Source: Tubiluchus corallicola (Eukaryota > Animalia > Priapulida). Taken from it: a stretch of 64,000 bases of DNA. The DNA is taken from the NCBI GenBank assembly GCA_030141605.1, contig JAQGDQ010000054.1:372001-436000 (forward strand), read 5' to 3'. The position numbers and the translations under genes are program-made. Below the pieces are notes generated by a model, which saw only the letters and a program-made list of their open reading frames with translations, made no database searches and was not told the DNA's origin. This document shows, piece after piece, positions 40,201 through 54,020 of the stretch (position 1 is the stretch's first letter; every line of letters begins with the position of its first letter).

Positions 40201-43200
40201 GAAAAAATTTGTCTGTGATCAATCGAGCCAAATCAACCTAATAAAAAGAACAATAGTAAAAAAATACAACAAATGCAAGCTTAAAATGAATTATTCATAA
40301 GCGTGATATATACATATGCAGTAGGCAACTACTTAACAGACTCACTTAGGGATGAAAGTGTTTTGATCTTATTAATCGACTGAATGTATTATCCGATGGG
40401 TGTACTATTACTAAAGGTATACACTAGAATCATATCTTTTTGAAAAATATAATTTTTAAAAAGGAACTAGTGTTTAATGGTGCCTGTGGCAGTGAGTAAG
40501 GGAATTCCTCAAAATTATCCTTCATAAAAACTGCTAAAAATACCATATCTGTCTTAATTCCTGAAAATTAACATACATAAAATTTTGATAGTTCAGTTTT
40601 TTGAGGATTGCCACACAGGGATGATGTGGTAACAAACCAGGGATGTTACCGAAATGATAATTTCATTTCAGTTTGCCGATAATTGCACTTTTGATTAGGT
40701 TTTGTAGTATTTATCCAGCTCACCTTTTTTCTCCTAGATGTTAAAAAATTGCTGAAAAATTTTGACTAAAATCTTCAAATAAAGCTTAATTATCGTTTAT
40801 TTAACTTTTTGTACCATTTATAGCATGCTTTTTACGGCAAAGCGGCATATTTTCACTGCTAACCACTGTGAAGCCTTAAAGAATCTAGGCACAATCAATC
40901 GAAATATCAAAGCATAATTTGAATAAATCCATGTATAATTTTATGTAATATAGCAACAAAACATTTACAAAATAAAATTTGTTAATTTTTTTGAACCTCA
41001 TGATCTTTAACCATGAACATTGTTCTACTTTTTGGTTACGATTTTTTGCCTAGTTACTTCACCAAGCTTGTATCAGAGTAAAATATAAGCAAACAAGCAA
41101 AACAAAGTATTTTATTTATTTCAGAATTTTTTTCACTTTTGATAGTAGTTGGTTTTGCAAAAATGATTTCAGTTCGGCTTGCTTTTGTTTCCTATGTTTC
41201 ATAAGTTTCGGTTTCGATTTGTAATTTCAGCTCCGGCTAACGTCCCTGGTAACAAACAAGCACTCAATAAATTATATAAATTAACAATGATACAGTTACA
41301 CTCACTACTAACCTTTAACAGACGGCGGACTAATATCGCTGCAACAAATCTGAGGTTTACTTTCGCTTCATTTACAAAGTTTCCATCGTCGCTGATGTCA
41401 CTGTAACAGGAACAATAACAATAATCATCTAGCCAGATTATCCACATTGACATCTTGATATGAAACTACAATTTCATGTAGAAAATTTGTTTTACAGCTT
41501 TTAACCTATTGTAACGTTATGCAACCATTTTACTTTATACACTGCCTTATTCCCATGGACTTGAGGAACATATTTTAATATACGTCACTAATTTGGTATA
41601 GTATTTGAATCATTTATGTTAATAATTTCTGGAGTTTATGCTACAAATTATTACCACATTAGGTTTTTGGTACCTACTTGTAGAAACACACTTAGGCAAG
41701 AACATGAAATCACTACATGTGCAAATAGATGGAATAAAACTGCAAAGCATAAATGGTAGAAATTCAGGGGTACAACTTAAGTGCATGTCTTTAGAAAATC
41801 AAACTACTTACTCAAAGGCTCAATAAGCTTATACTTGTACCTTTGAAGTTGACACTGTGCAGCTGAAATTTTTATTTCAAGTTACCGACCATAGAAACAA
41901 GCAATTTTGATCTGCTCACCTGTACCACGGATAAATATAATGCTGGACTAGAGTATTCAAAAATTCTTCTAATGCACTATCTACTTTCTCAGGAACAGTA
42001 ACACCTGTCCAAGGTCTTAAGGCTATTATGCTTAAACCAGACCTATATTAAAAATATAAAAAACAAACATTTCGTTAAATTTCAGTAATTAGAATTAATA
42101 ATTAGAACCAAACATACTTCTATAACTACCACACTTGGGGATTTTAACTAAAATATAAATATTAGAAAAAAAGAAGGCCCTGCAAAAAGTGCATAATTAT
42201 ACTTGAAAATGAATATGAGTTACTAACAACGCAACGATGCGTGAAGATTTCATGAAACACCTCCATTTCTTGTTTATCCAGTTAAATTTGTCAACAAATA
42301 ACTCTAACATATATTTTTATTTACTAAATACTATATGTGTGTTTGCAAAACCAAAACTGTCCATAAGTCGGCATTGTTAACACTAAGTTATGATGAGTCA
42401 AAGTAGAATGTACCAAAAATTTGGTCAAATATCAATTAATTTATTTTCTATATTGGACTTTTATATTCTAGCATTAGATCATCAAGAAAATGTTCAAAAA
42501 TACAAAAACCTAATTTTACAATCCTATACCCACTTTTCTGGCTAGAAACTAATACTACAATTGTGAAAAACTAATTTTCAAACTCCGATTGCTGCTCGTG
42601 GAAGCAATCATTTTGCTTCAGGTTTTTTCTGTTGCCCAGATTTTCGTCAGGAAGAGCCATCTACTGGATTTAGATATCATGTCGATATTTTCTCACAAAG
42701 CCGTAGCAACCAGCATTTGTGCGATCTGACAAAAACCAATGGCTAACTTTGATAACAGCGACTTTCTCGGGTTATGTTTTGCAGTACGAAGAGTGCACCT
42801 CAACTTCAACATGGATTATCACATCTTAGAAATAGCATAGAGTGATTAGGTTGGTATCAAAATGATCTTCATAAAATGGAGATTCAGAATATGTGAATAA
42901 CTAGAAGCTTAACTGCCGACTTATGGACAATTTTGCTATGCAAGAACACATATTATGTATATAGTAAAAGTCATCTAGGAAGCAAGAAACAACAGATTGT
43001 ATAATAAAAATAACCCATGAACCCTATAATCTCCCAGAAATTGCCAGCACTGGAAAACAATGTAACATTTTAGCAAAAGGTAGACCTTCATAATGCTCGT
43101 TATATCAAGCTCAGAAATTATTTAAAACAACTTACCTATGTCTGGGGCACTGACTGTTACCACAAACAGTACACATGCTAAGAAAAGGTTCCCTTTGTTC

Positions 43201-46200
43201 AGTGACACTTTGAGGTGGAGATCTTTCCCACCATCTTAAAATGTTTGGCATTGTGTTATCCCAACTGAAAACCAAATTTTATCATCAAAATTCCTGGGTA
43301 ATTGAGAAAGCTTAAATTGATAATGGCGTCAAGAAATGTGCCGGCATGGCAGATTCTCGAGGCATGGCGTCTTTGCCCTTTATTAACCTGGTTGCCAAAT
43401 CTGGTCAGCAAACAGGTTGTGTTACGCTCAAGTGAACACGCAACAGTTTTCTGTGAATGAATAGCTTTTGGGGCCATATGGTCTGCTAATTACCTTTGAG
43501 TAGCACATATAGGCATTCATTATAGTTAGGCTTCTCATCATGCATATAACACCCTAGGGCTATCTGTATGGTATTGAGGTAGCATAGTGCCTTTTGCCCT
43601 GCACAATGTTATTTCCGAAGTTTCTTGTTAAGGAAAATATATAGCCTCAGATTATAAGGTATGAAATGCTTCGTTATTCCATGATGTTATAAAAATATTT
43701 ATTGATCAGTAAACACTATGTAAACATATAGACTTTTCATAAATGCATCTATCATGTACTAATACTAATACTAAAATGTAGTTGATCATTTCTGATATAA
43801 TGTCGCAGGCTTTGATTTACTGACGTAAACTACTTATTGCGCATTATCATCTATGCATTGTAAATATCATCATGTGAATTGTGAATTAAATAACTATGTG
43901 CACACTGTAATCCCTTGAACTTGTTTTTTCTCAAGCATACAACATGAGTTAATCATGCTTAAATGTATATTTGTTCGGAAAACAAAGTTTAGTATTTGAA
44001 TTTGGGGCAAAATTTAAAGTTCATGATAACTTCTCCCTCTTTTATGACTGACACGTCAATAAAAATTCACAACTTTCACTTTGTGTTCAACAAATGCCTA
44101 ATTTTTTTTAAAACAAACTGTTTTAAAACAAGTTTGTATAAAAATTGTTGGTGCTGTTACTTGCCACAACATAATTGAAATTTGTTGTTCTAAATTCTCT
44201 AAAACAAACTCTCATCATATAATATCTGCCAGAGGTTTTTTCAATCAGTTGTAAACTGCAACCAAAAGCTTGAAAATGAAACATGCTTAGAAGAAAATCA
44301 CAAGACACTTTACAAGACAAATTACAAGAAACAGTATATATATATATATATATATACATAAATACAAGTGGTTTCACATATTTATATATAGAACCTCTTA
44401 AAAGTAAGTCGTGTCACAATAACTTAATTATAAATGTTCCAATTATAAATGCTGGCTGTATTTTTATTAAGTACAGAACTTTATCATAAGTATAGATAAA
44501 GTTTATATCTGCCAAGTGTAAAATACATAGGAAATAGTAAACATACCTATACTTGTTATACGATATAAACACTCCAAGTGCAAACGGACCAGCAAAACAT
44601 AAAAACAGAGGCCACAAGCTGAAAATACAATGTTAAATAAAAATATAAGCATCATAGAAAATTTAATAGGTTTCCTTAATTTACTAAATCAATAATTAAT
44701 TTAATTATTAAGCTAATTTATTAGCCTAATATATATTAACCCTTTCACTACAGAAGGTGGCACACTGCCGCCCAAGTTCAGGACTAAACACAGTCACCCA
44801 GGTCTGTTTATTTCACAGCTACAGCCATGGAAAAACATTATAAAAAAGTTAACAGCCATGGGATTGGGGTTGCTTCGCAACAAGTAACACTAACCAGCCA
44901 ATCAGCATCTGAAGCCATGTACATTCCGCAACTGTACTGTATAGTATGTTCTCATGCAAAATTGCTTGTTGGTAGTTGGCAAAAGGTATGTTTAGTTACT
45001 TGTTCTGCATTCCTATAAAATAATTGCTTATCATGGATTAGTAATATGACTTTAGTGAAAATTGGCTTCTAAATATATGTACGTGCTTATTTGTGTGTGT
45101 GTGTGTATGCGCATGCGTGCGTGCATGAGTGCATGTGTGCAACTGTGCATGTATACAAATAAAACTAATATGCAATATTAGTGTTAAATAACAAACAATT
45201 ATTTGTTTATTTACAAGATTCTTTTTAGTAGCACACCACAAGAAGTTATGGTCAAATGTGCAAAAGCCAAGCAAAAAAAGTGTTAAAAAGCAACTACGTA
45301 GCAAAAGGGTTAATTTTACTAAATATCTTAATTTTTCCAAACCCACTTTCTCAAATTTTATGAAAAAATACACAAGCAGCCTCAAGAAAAAATAGAATTG
45401 TGGAACTGTTTGGTGTCTTGGAAAAAAGTAAGCACACTCCCAAAAAAAGAGGAACAGTGTACAAAGTGCAAAGAATTTACTTAAGGAGATGTCAAAACGG
45501 TCAACCTATGAAATCAAAAGGGCATATTTCGAGGTTTCTTTCTTAACTTAATGCTGCAGAAATCCTTAAGGCTGGATAGGATAAACATTGGAGTGCTCTG
45601 ATGACTGGGGAATGCGACGATCTAGTGACGTAAGGCGCCTGCAGTTAAAGCAGAAGGTTAAAACTTAGATTGTGTTCCAACTTTAACGTTTAGTATCAAA
45701 ATTTAATTAACTTGGGAATTGTAACATCACTTTAGCTGGTGCCTAAGAACACCATGCAAGACAGTCAATCACCGTGTATCGTCTCGCCGGATTACTGCAG
45801 TACCATCCATCATACTGCACTGCTGCATACTACAGCATGGCGAATAAATAAATCTAAATTTACTGTGGTATCGCGGCGCCACAGTACATGGACAGTACAT
45901 TGAGCCTGTACACGGGGATGTCGATCAAGTACATTAGTTTATGCTGTAATATTGATTTTGTTATGTACTGTGCTATGTGGAATAAACAAATCTTGAATCT
46001 TGCGAGAATATTCCATGTACAGGATATCTGATCACATAATTTACCATTTACTATCTCCTAAGATCTCTTGTCAGGGCTTTTGCCATCCCATCTCTACACA
46101 CTTTACATAGTTTGTTGTAATTGTGTTATAAATATATTGGAGATAAATAAACTTTTGAATTGAATTGATTAAGGTGCATTAGTGCCCTAAGGACACCCAG

Positions 46201-47360
46201 GGCCTGGTGCCCCTGAGTTGCCACATCCACGTTTCGCCACTCAACGCATATATATATATATATATATATTTGAGTGATATAAGTGATGACATTATATCAG
46301 GTGGCGCTGAAAAAATGTCCGGAAGTCTCGACTACAATAATATTTGAAACAAATGCACTACAAAGTTGAAATTTCACAGCATGACACTAGAATACATTAA
46401 CTTTTGGCTGTGAAAGTTACAAAGTTTATAATTTGAGTACTTTTTAAGTTATGGCTAAAAAGCTCTTGCGTGTTAAAAATTAAATGTCTGAACAATGTCA
46501 GCTATAATCGTTGGCCGCTTTAACGTATAAAGTATTCTGTACATACAGCAGCAAAACAATAAAGAAATCAACCAGTTTACATCAAGGGTTTTGCCAAAGA
46601 AAATAAAGCACTGATAAAAATTCGTTGCAAAGAAAAAATGGGATTTAATTATATATATAGCTGTTTGATGCAGAGGAACTATAGACAAAATTGTTGAGCG
46701 TTGGTAAAAAAAGGAATAAATAGGAACTATTTTGGAAGAAATAGTTGTCTAGTTAGCAGGAAAAATGCTGGACGCATAAATCACTTAGTGTAAATTTTAA
46801 CAATAGTGACAAAATTTTTACAGCATTTATTTTTTGACTTGTTGATTTAAAACTTCTGCATCTTTTTGTTGTTTGTACATAAACGAATGTAACGTCAATA
46901 AGGTAATTTTCAAGCGATGGCGTCATTTTCGTATTAAAATATTGTATCAAAATTTCAACACATTTTTGCGCCACTTGATACACAAAACAAACTCTATATT
47001 GCTCTAGATAAAATTTGTCATTCAAATTCTTTGACTTCAAAATGAAATTTTAATTAAATAAGTCAGCCACAAAAACGATAGCCAACAGAAAAAACTGTCA
47101 TTCTCCTGCAGCCCTCTAGGTCATGTTTTCAATTTATTTTTTGCATTAATCCAGCTCTGCTTCTTGTGCTGGGTTCCAGGGGCTCACTATTATTGATTTT
47201 CAAAAAAAAAACTATTAAAAATCTAAATTTACCAGTACACGGCGTAACTCAAAATAACCAAGACAAGGCAACAAGTTGGAATAACTAAACTATAATGATC
47301 GTGAAAATGTCTTTTCACTTTACTTAAAAGAAAATTTTCAACACACTCTACATCATCCAT
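19284..47360 (-). CDS. SNX14: Sorting nexin 14 (TM-PXA-RGS-PX-PXC), complete, 26 coding exons, about 955 aa
   Basis: Exons in transcript order: 47233-47360, 44547-44618, 43136-43264, 41920-42042, 41313-41400, 39975-40237, 39501-39576, 39270-39314, 37333-37416, 36981-37095, 36146-36301, 35387-35511, 35084-35142, 29792-29824, 29089-29171, 27686-27741, 26090-26270, 24114-24197, 23472-23572, 23114-23257, 22158-22277, 21718-21862, 20886-21050, 19927-20022, 19550-19641, 19284-19388. All phases are compatible (2868 nt). Motifs: [19 protein letters not shown] (PXA), [17 protein letters not shown] (RGS), [22 protein letters not shown] and LPPKR (PX), [20 protein letters not shown] (PXC). Confidence 0.95.
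20042..20418. mobile_element. Possible short MITE (SNX14 intron 23)
   Basis: Inverted ends AAGCCTTTTCACAGTT / (rc) AAACCTTTTCGCAGTT. Confidence 0.4.
20424..20833 (+). repeat. ~400-bp dispersed repeat, copy 1 (copy 2 at 24601-24998)
   Basis: Colinear similarity from AGTAAACTAATTACTAATAACTGAGTTGAA to AAGGTAGCCATTG in both copies, with scattered substitutions and small indels. Confidence 0.9.
24474..25316. mobile_element. hAT-like MITE with TCGAAT subterminal repeats (SNX14 intron 17)
   Basis: TIR TATGGGTGAGCAT / (rc) TAGGGGTGTGCAT; ATTCGA/TCGAAT repeats at both ends; TSD degraded (5/8). Confidence 0.7.
24601..24998 (+). repeat. ~400-bp dispersed repeat, copy 2, nested in the hAT-like MITE 24474-25316
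   Basis: Same orientation and colinear with 20424-20833. Confidence 0.9.
26504..26573. repeat. Tandem duplication, 35-bp unit x2
   Basis: TGGATTCATTTCATCATCAATCATCTTGTTTAATT occurs twice. Confidence 0.9.
26734..27123. mobile_element. hAT-like MITE with TCTCG subterminal repeats (SNX14 intron 16)
   Basis: TIR TAAGGGTCTGTAA / (rc) TAGGGCTCTGCAA; TSD GAAGCAAT / GAAGCAAC (7/8). Confidence 0.8.
30790..34330 (-). pseudogene. Disrupted hAT transposase
   Basis: Minus-strand fragments in the expected order: BED finger (VMWKY..AKCKLC..LKTHM, ~34210-34330), ITYDFWT (~32380), HSFQL (~32130), KKWNSLY (~31960), [31 protein letters not shown] (~30800-30920). Several stops and frameshifts. Confidence 0.85.
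32750..32847. repeat. Degenerate pentanucleotide microsatellite (CTATA/CCATG/CCATA/CTGTA)
   Basis: Seen directly; lies inside the decayed hAT. Confidence 0.85.
38506..38588. repeat. (CAT)n-rich trinucleotide tract in SNX14 intron 8
   Basis: Seen directly; explains the spurious poly-Ile and poly-Ser ORFs. Confidence 0.85.
40638..41248. mobile_element. hAT-like MITE (SNX14 intron 5)
   Basis: TIR CAGGGATGTTACCG / (rc) CAGGGACGTTAGCCG; flanking direct repeat GTAACAAAC; TTTCG/TTTCA subterminal repeats. Confidence 0.8.
42334..42952. mobile_element. MITE with ~55-bp terminal inverted repeats, superfamily unassigned (SNX14 intron 3)
   Basis: Left TATGTGTGTTTGCAAAACCAAAACTGTCCATAAGTCGGCA; right (rc) TATGTGTTCTTGCATAGCAAAATTGTCCATAAGTCGGCA. 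Confidence 0.75.
44740..45657. mobile_element. Possible piggyBac-like non-autonomous element
   Basis: TTAA|CCCTTTCACTACAG at the left and CTGCAGTTAAAG..AAGG|TTAA at the right; TIR match is imperfect. Confidence 0.3.
46295..46980. mobile_element. Tc1/mariner-like MITE (SNX14 intron 1)
   Basis: TA-bounded TIR TATCAGGTGGCGCTGAAAAAATGT / (rc) TATCAAGTGGCGCAAAAATGT. Confidence 0.65.
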
Positions 47361-47586
47361 GTTTGTTTGTGTGAGGGCAGCACTGTGAAAATGTTCTCTT
47401 GTTAATTCTCTTTTTGCTGCTTCCAAAACAGTCGGTATGGTAAAATTATTATTTCGATATAAATCTCTTTTAATCTTCAACACTCCCCAGTAAATTCGAA
47501 CACGGATGGTTTAAGATGAAACACAAAGCATCAATTCGTATATTATTAAAAATATGAAATACAGCGTGCCCTTTTATTAGGTGAAA
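47361..47586. promoter_or_regulatory. Candidate bidirectional promoter for SNX14 and RPS15A, with a polypyrimidine (TCT/TOP-like) initiator
   Basis: The genes are divergent. CCCTTTT at 47569-47575 is followed by AG|GTGAAA at 47580/47581, consistent with a very short non-coding first exon of RPS15A. Inference only. Confidence 0.35.
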
Positions 47587-47809
47587 TTCTCTCATTTACT
47601 AGATTGAGTTGTACAATTTTTTGCATTAAACTCATCGAAATTGCTTGCGAGAAAAAAAACATTATGAATGCCTCGCCCTATATTTAGTAGTTCTGAAACT
47701 AATTATAATATTTGTGTCTTTAATGTGTGTTTTGTGTGTCACAAGATATGACTAAATAATGTAAATTATACGTTGGCCAGCAAGGCCCATAATGTAATTA
47801 AGAAGAACT

Positions 47810-48188
47810 TGTGTGTGTTGTGTACTAATGTTGATTGTCTAACCAGCACATTTAATGAGTTCAGAAGTGCAATCTACGACCTTGATCCAGATGTTAAGTT
47901 TTTATACGAAATCAAACCAAAGAATGCTATTTATCCACTAACAGCAAGTGAACTTGTACTTTCTCATTATGAATGTTTCCCAGAGTTAGCGGCAGAGGAA
48001 TAATACTTTATGTTAAAGCACCATTCATTCATACAAACTACTCAAGTATCATATCCAGGGTAGCTGGTCAAAACGACAAGATGTATTTTCATTCAGAGTT
48101 GTCGATCAGTTGAACAGGCTCCCAGCAAATGTAGTTGAGGCAACAAACATTGAGCAATTTGTGGCATGTCTTGACATGTGCTGGTAAC
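47810..48188 (+). mobile_element. CR1-group LINE remnant: endonuclease N-terminus joined to the ORF2 C-terminal tail
   Basis: VLCTNVDCLTSTFNEF..DPDVKFLYEIKPKN resembles APE domains I-II. About 100 bp later, RQDVFSFRVVDQLNRLPANVVEATNIEQFVACLDMCW* resembles the conserved CR1 ORF2 C-terminus. Confidence 0.7.
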
Positions 48189-48528
48189 GGAATCTTTCAG
48201 CATTCATAGATCCCATGTTAACCCAATGTGAACAAGATGCCCGTGTGGCATGACCTCCCTGTATCTACAGTGGTGCCACTATATTAACATCTCAGTTACA
48301 GCAAGTTTATTATAGTGTAGGGCAAGTAGCACATCTGTTAATGCCCCTATCTCTGGATTATTGATGCAACTTTTAATGACAGTGCTACATTCCATATATG
48401 GCATGATTTGTTTATATGTCGGCAGCAACAGTTAACTGCATTGTTAATTGATATTTTGCTAGGGGTATGAGTCCCTACTAACAAATCGCTTTTAAATTAT
48501 TTGGCCTGGTCCGTGCTTGTCTGCCACA

Positions 48529-48840
48529 TTATTTCTGTAATGCAGTGGTCTGCAAGTGACCATATGACTGACGCATATTCCCTAATGGAACAACTGCTTC
48601 ACGGAGAGAAATAATTACTGCGGTATTTCTTGGTATAATATAACGCATGATCATACCAGTGCGACGGCTACTCTTGTGATTCACAAAGGCATTCCATTTG
48701 AGGTAGTTGGTGAATAATATTACCCCCAAGTCTCTAATGCAACTTTTTTCTCCTATTTGTACATCATTAGAAAAATAAGGATTTGTAGATTTAGGGTTTC
48801 TTTGTTCAAGGGCATTAACCGTTACCTACACTTAGTGTAA
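48529..48840 (-). mobile_element. CR1/L2-group LINE fragment (region C-terminal to the RT core)
   Basis: IRDLGVILF..LKW..RRTGMIMR resembles the KDLGV...L.W...LG.I.R motif; degenerate. Confidence 0.6.
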
Positions 48841-49449
48841 AAAAATCTGGATGACGAAAAACCTGGGTGTCTAAGAGCCTTGTGAGCAGCATTCTGCTAA
48901 AGTAATTCAAGAAATCTTAGCAATTTTGTCGAAACTACCAGTTTGAATTGTAATGCTGTGCATGTTATTAGATGCTACAGTAGTAGGATTTTATGAGTTG
49001 GACATGCTTAAACTGAATGCGGTAGCATTTGTATATTTGAAGTAGGACAAAATTATCAAAAAAGGTAGTGATTTTTATGTAAAATTTAAAAGTAAAGGAA
49101 ATTATAATTACCTTCATATTTACTACCGAATCGCTTCTGCAGGCGAAACTAAACCGTATTTGTTTAAAAATCGCCACTGGATTGGGTTGGATCTTAAGTA
49201 ATATCAAATACCAGCTGATCAAATTGAACCAGAGCTCCGATGTGATTTCAGTGCTCCGGTTTTGGCTGAACTTTGTGAGATCCCTATTGCTTTTACACAT
49301 GCTAGCTTAACTGTTTAGCTTTGAGGACAGCTTCACATTCTAAAGATGTCAGCCTGCCCAAGATAGTGTTAATAATTAATTTGTTGAAAAATTATGTTTT
49401 TCTGGTCTTTGTGTCATGACCTCAGTGATGTATCTATGTTGTACATTAA

Positions 49450-51885
<2,436 letters not shown>

Positions 51886-52075
51886 CATCAATTATCTATA
51901 TGTATTAGTTGTCAAGAAAAAAAGAAAAAACACATTGTACATAATGAAGTCGGTGCTTTATTTTATATTCATTTGAGCTTGTTCAACACAAAGAACAATT
52001 TTTTTTCCTTTAAAAATAAAACTCTATGTTTACAGTGCCGTGCACACCTAAGAAAGATGTGTAAATTTGAAAGTA

Positions 52076-53491
52076 CAGTCCAATTCCAGGTAATACAATT
52101 CGATTTATAACAAAACTATCAGTAGTATAATAGAAGCTATGTAATCGCATATGGTCACAAACTGGTTATTACAAAACCTGTTTTGTGTGACATTTTCCCA
52201 ATGTTCGCTAATAGATGCTCTTCGCCTAGTCTAGTTGATTGTTTTTACAACCCATTATGAATACATTTGCATGAATTGGCCAGCGCAATATTTGTCGTAG
52301 TTTAAACTTTAAAGGTGATTTAAATTAGTCAATATTCAGTGATTGTCCCAAACTTTCAATGTACAATACCATTGGCAACAGCTAAAAAAAATTAGGAATA
52401 AAGACTGAAGGAATTTCTTTAGAATGGAACATACAAGTAATTTGTGAAGCAGAAAAATGAAAATCTGACAAAAAGACTGTTATCGCAAAAGATGTGGGTC
52501 TTAAAAATGTAGCCACTCTTGCTACTGTATTAAAAAAAAAATTGAGAAATATGAAAAAAGTCAGCAGTAAGAAAATGGCTGTGGCTTGGTCAACACAAAA
52601 ATCTGTAGGCGGCTCAAAATCTCATTCACAAAAAATTCTAATCAGTGGGCCTATTCTACAGGAAAAAGCAGAATTTTCTAGAAAAATGCATAGAGAATTT
52701 CAAAGGGCAGGGTGGCTGGACAAATTGAAACAGCATTATGACAGAGCTTTTAAGACTGCAGAGAATCTGACATTGATCCGGAGTGCATGAAGCAGTGCCA
52801 CCGTGACATATATATATATATATATATAAAACGCAGATGAGACTGGTCTATGTTTTCGTATGTTACCTGATAAAAATGTGATGTTTAAAGGTGATTCGTG
52901 CAACCTGTGAAGATCGAAATGTTTTTGCCGTATTATAACGACTCCTGAATTTTGGTACAGGAGTCGAATATTTCATTTCGACAGACAATGCCTTGAGATT
53001 TGTGGATGAACCTTTGAAAGATGAAATATTTTGCAGTTTTGTCAAGTACCAGTTACTGGCGAGGATGGTGACGATGATGATCCAGAGCCTGAATTAGCAC
53101 CCATAATCTGTGAAACGATTCTGTATATGAAAAGACTGCAAAACTTTGTAGAAATTCACACCAACAAAATGGCAATGCAATGCGAAGTTCAAGTTCAACT
53201 GACTTTATTGCAAACTTTGCTTGTGAGAATGCAAAACTGAGTAAAATTACTGATTTTAAGTAATAAAATATGAGTGACTTAATTGTAGCACATTTCTACT
53301 TTGATGGAATTTCTTCTGATAAACAATGTAATTTAAAATAATCATTCAAATTAGTCTAGGTTCAAATCTTTGATGGAGTTTCTTCTGATAAACGATGTAA
53401 TTTAAATTAATCATTCAAATAAGTCTAGGTTCAAATCCCAAAAGTGTCACAGATTTTTTTTACTTCAATTGTCACACTGATATTTACAGTG
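52076..53491 (+). mobile_element. pogo/Tigger-family transposon remnant, internally deleted
   Basis: Starts TA|CAGTC; CENP-B-type HTH remnant ISGPILQEKA..GWLDKLK (52640-52730); NADETGLCFRMLPDK at ~52830-52874; C-terminal SKITDF motif at ~53240. The right end is approximate. Confidence 0.8.
53299..53438. repeat. Tandem duplication, ~69-bp unit x2
   Basis: CTTTGATGGA.TTTCTTCTGATAAAC.ATGTAATTTAAA.TAATCATTCAAAT.AGTCTAGGTTCAAAT occurs twice. Confidence 0.9.
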
Positions 53492-54020
53492 TAAGCCTTC
53501 ATTGCTGCATACAAACAACTGCCGGCAGTCGAATTGTTGACTGCGAAAACCTTCCAACTTTGACAAAGATTCTCCCTTTTAGTTTAAATCACTACTATTT
53601 GTTACTGCCGGTCTTCCCTTCCCTAAACAGCTAGGCTTTGCTTACACCTATCCAATTGTAATATAATAACAGTGGCTTTAGTAGCATTTTGTTGACTAGG
53701 CAGGTGTTTAACTCTGTGATGTGCTGCTGCTAGACTGACTGACTGGCAACATGCTGATACAATTTTGCAATACCCGTGGGAAATGGCGGGGGTGGGATAA
53801 ATAAGTTTAAATTATGTTCACTGATCAAAAGAAAACTGGAGTAGCAACTACTAATGGCAGACTATAAAAGTAACATATTATGAGTTAGTAAAAATCCATG
53901 TAATGGATAGTATGAAATGTGTTTAATACAAAAAAGATATATTGGCTTTTTGAAAATTGTATTACCGGAAATTGACTGTATGTCAAAAGTATAACAAAGC
54001 AATAACCACTGTAATTCAGT

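Noticed and set aside
47361-47483. N-terminal extension of the SNX14 first-exon ORF shown in the ORF track
   Set aside because: It begins at a non-ATG codon; the first in-frame ATG is at 47360 and gives a normal-length SNX14.
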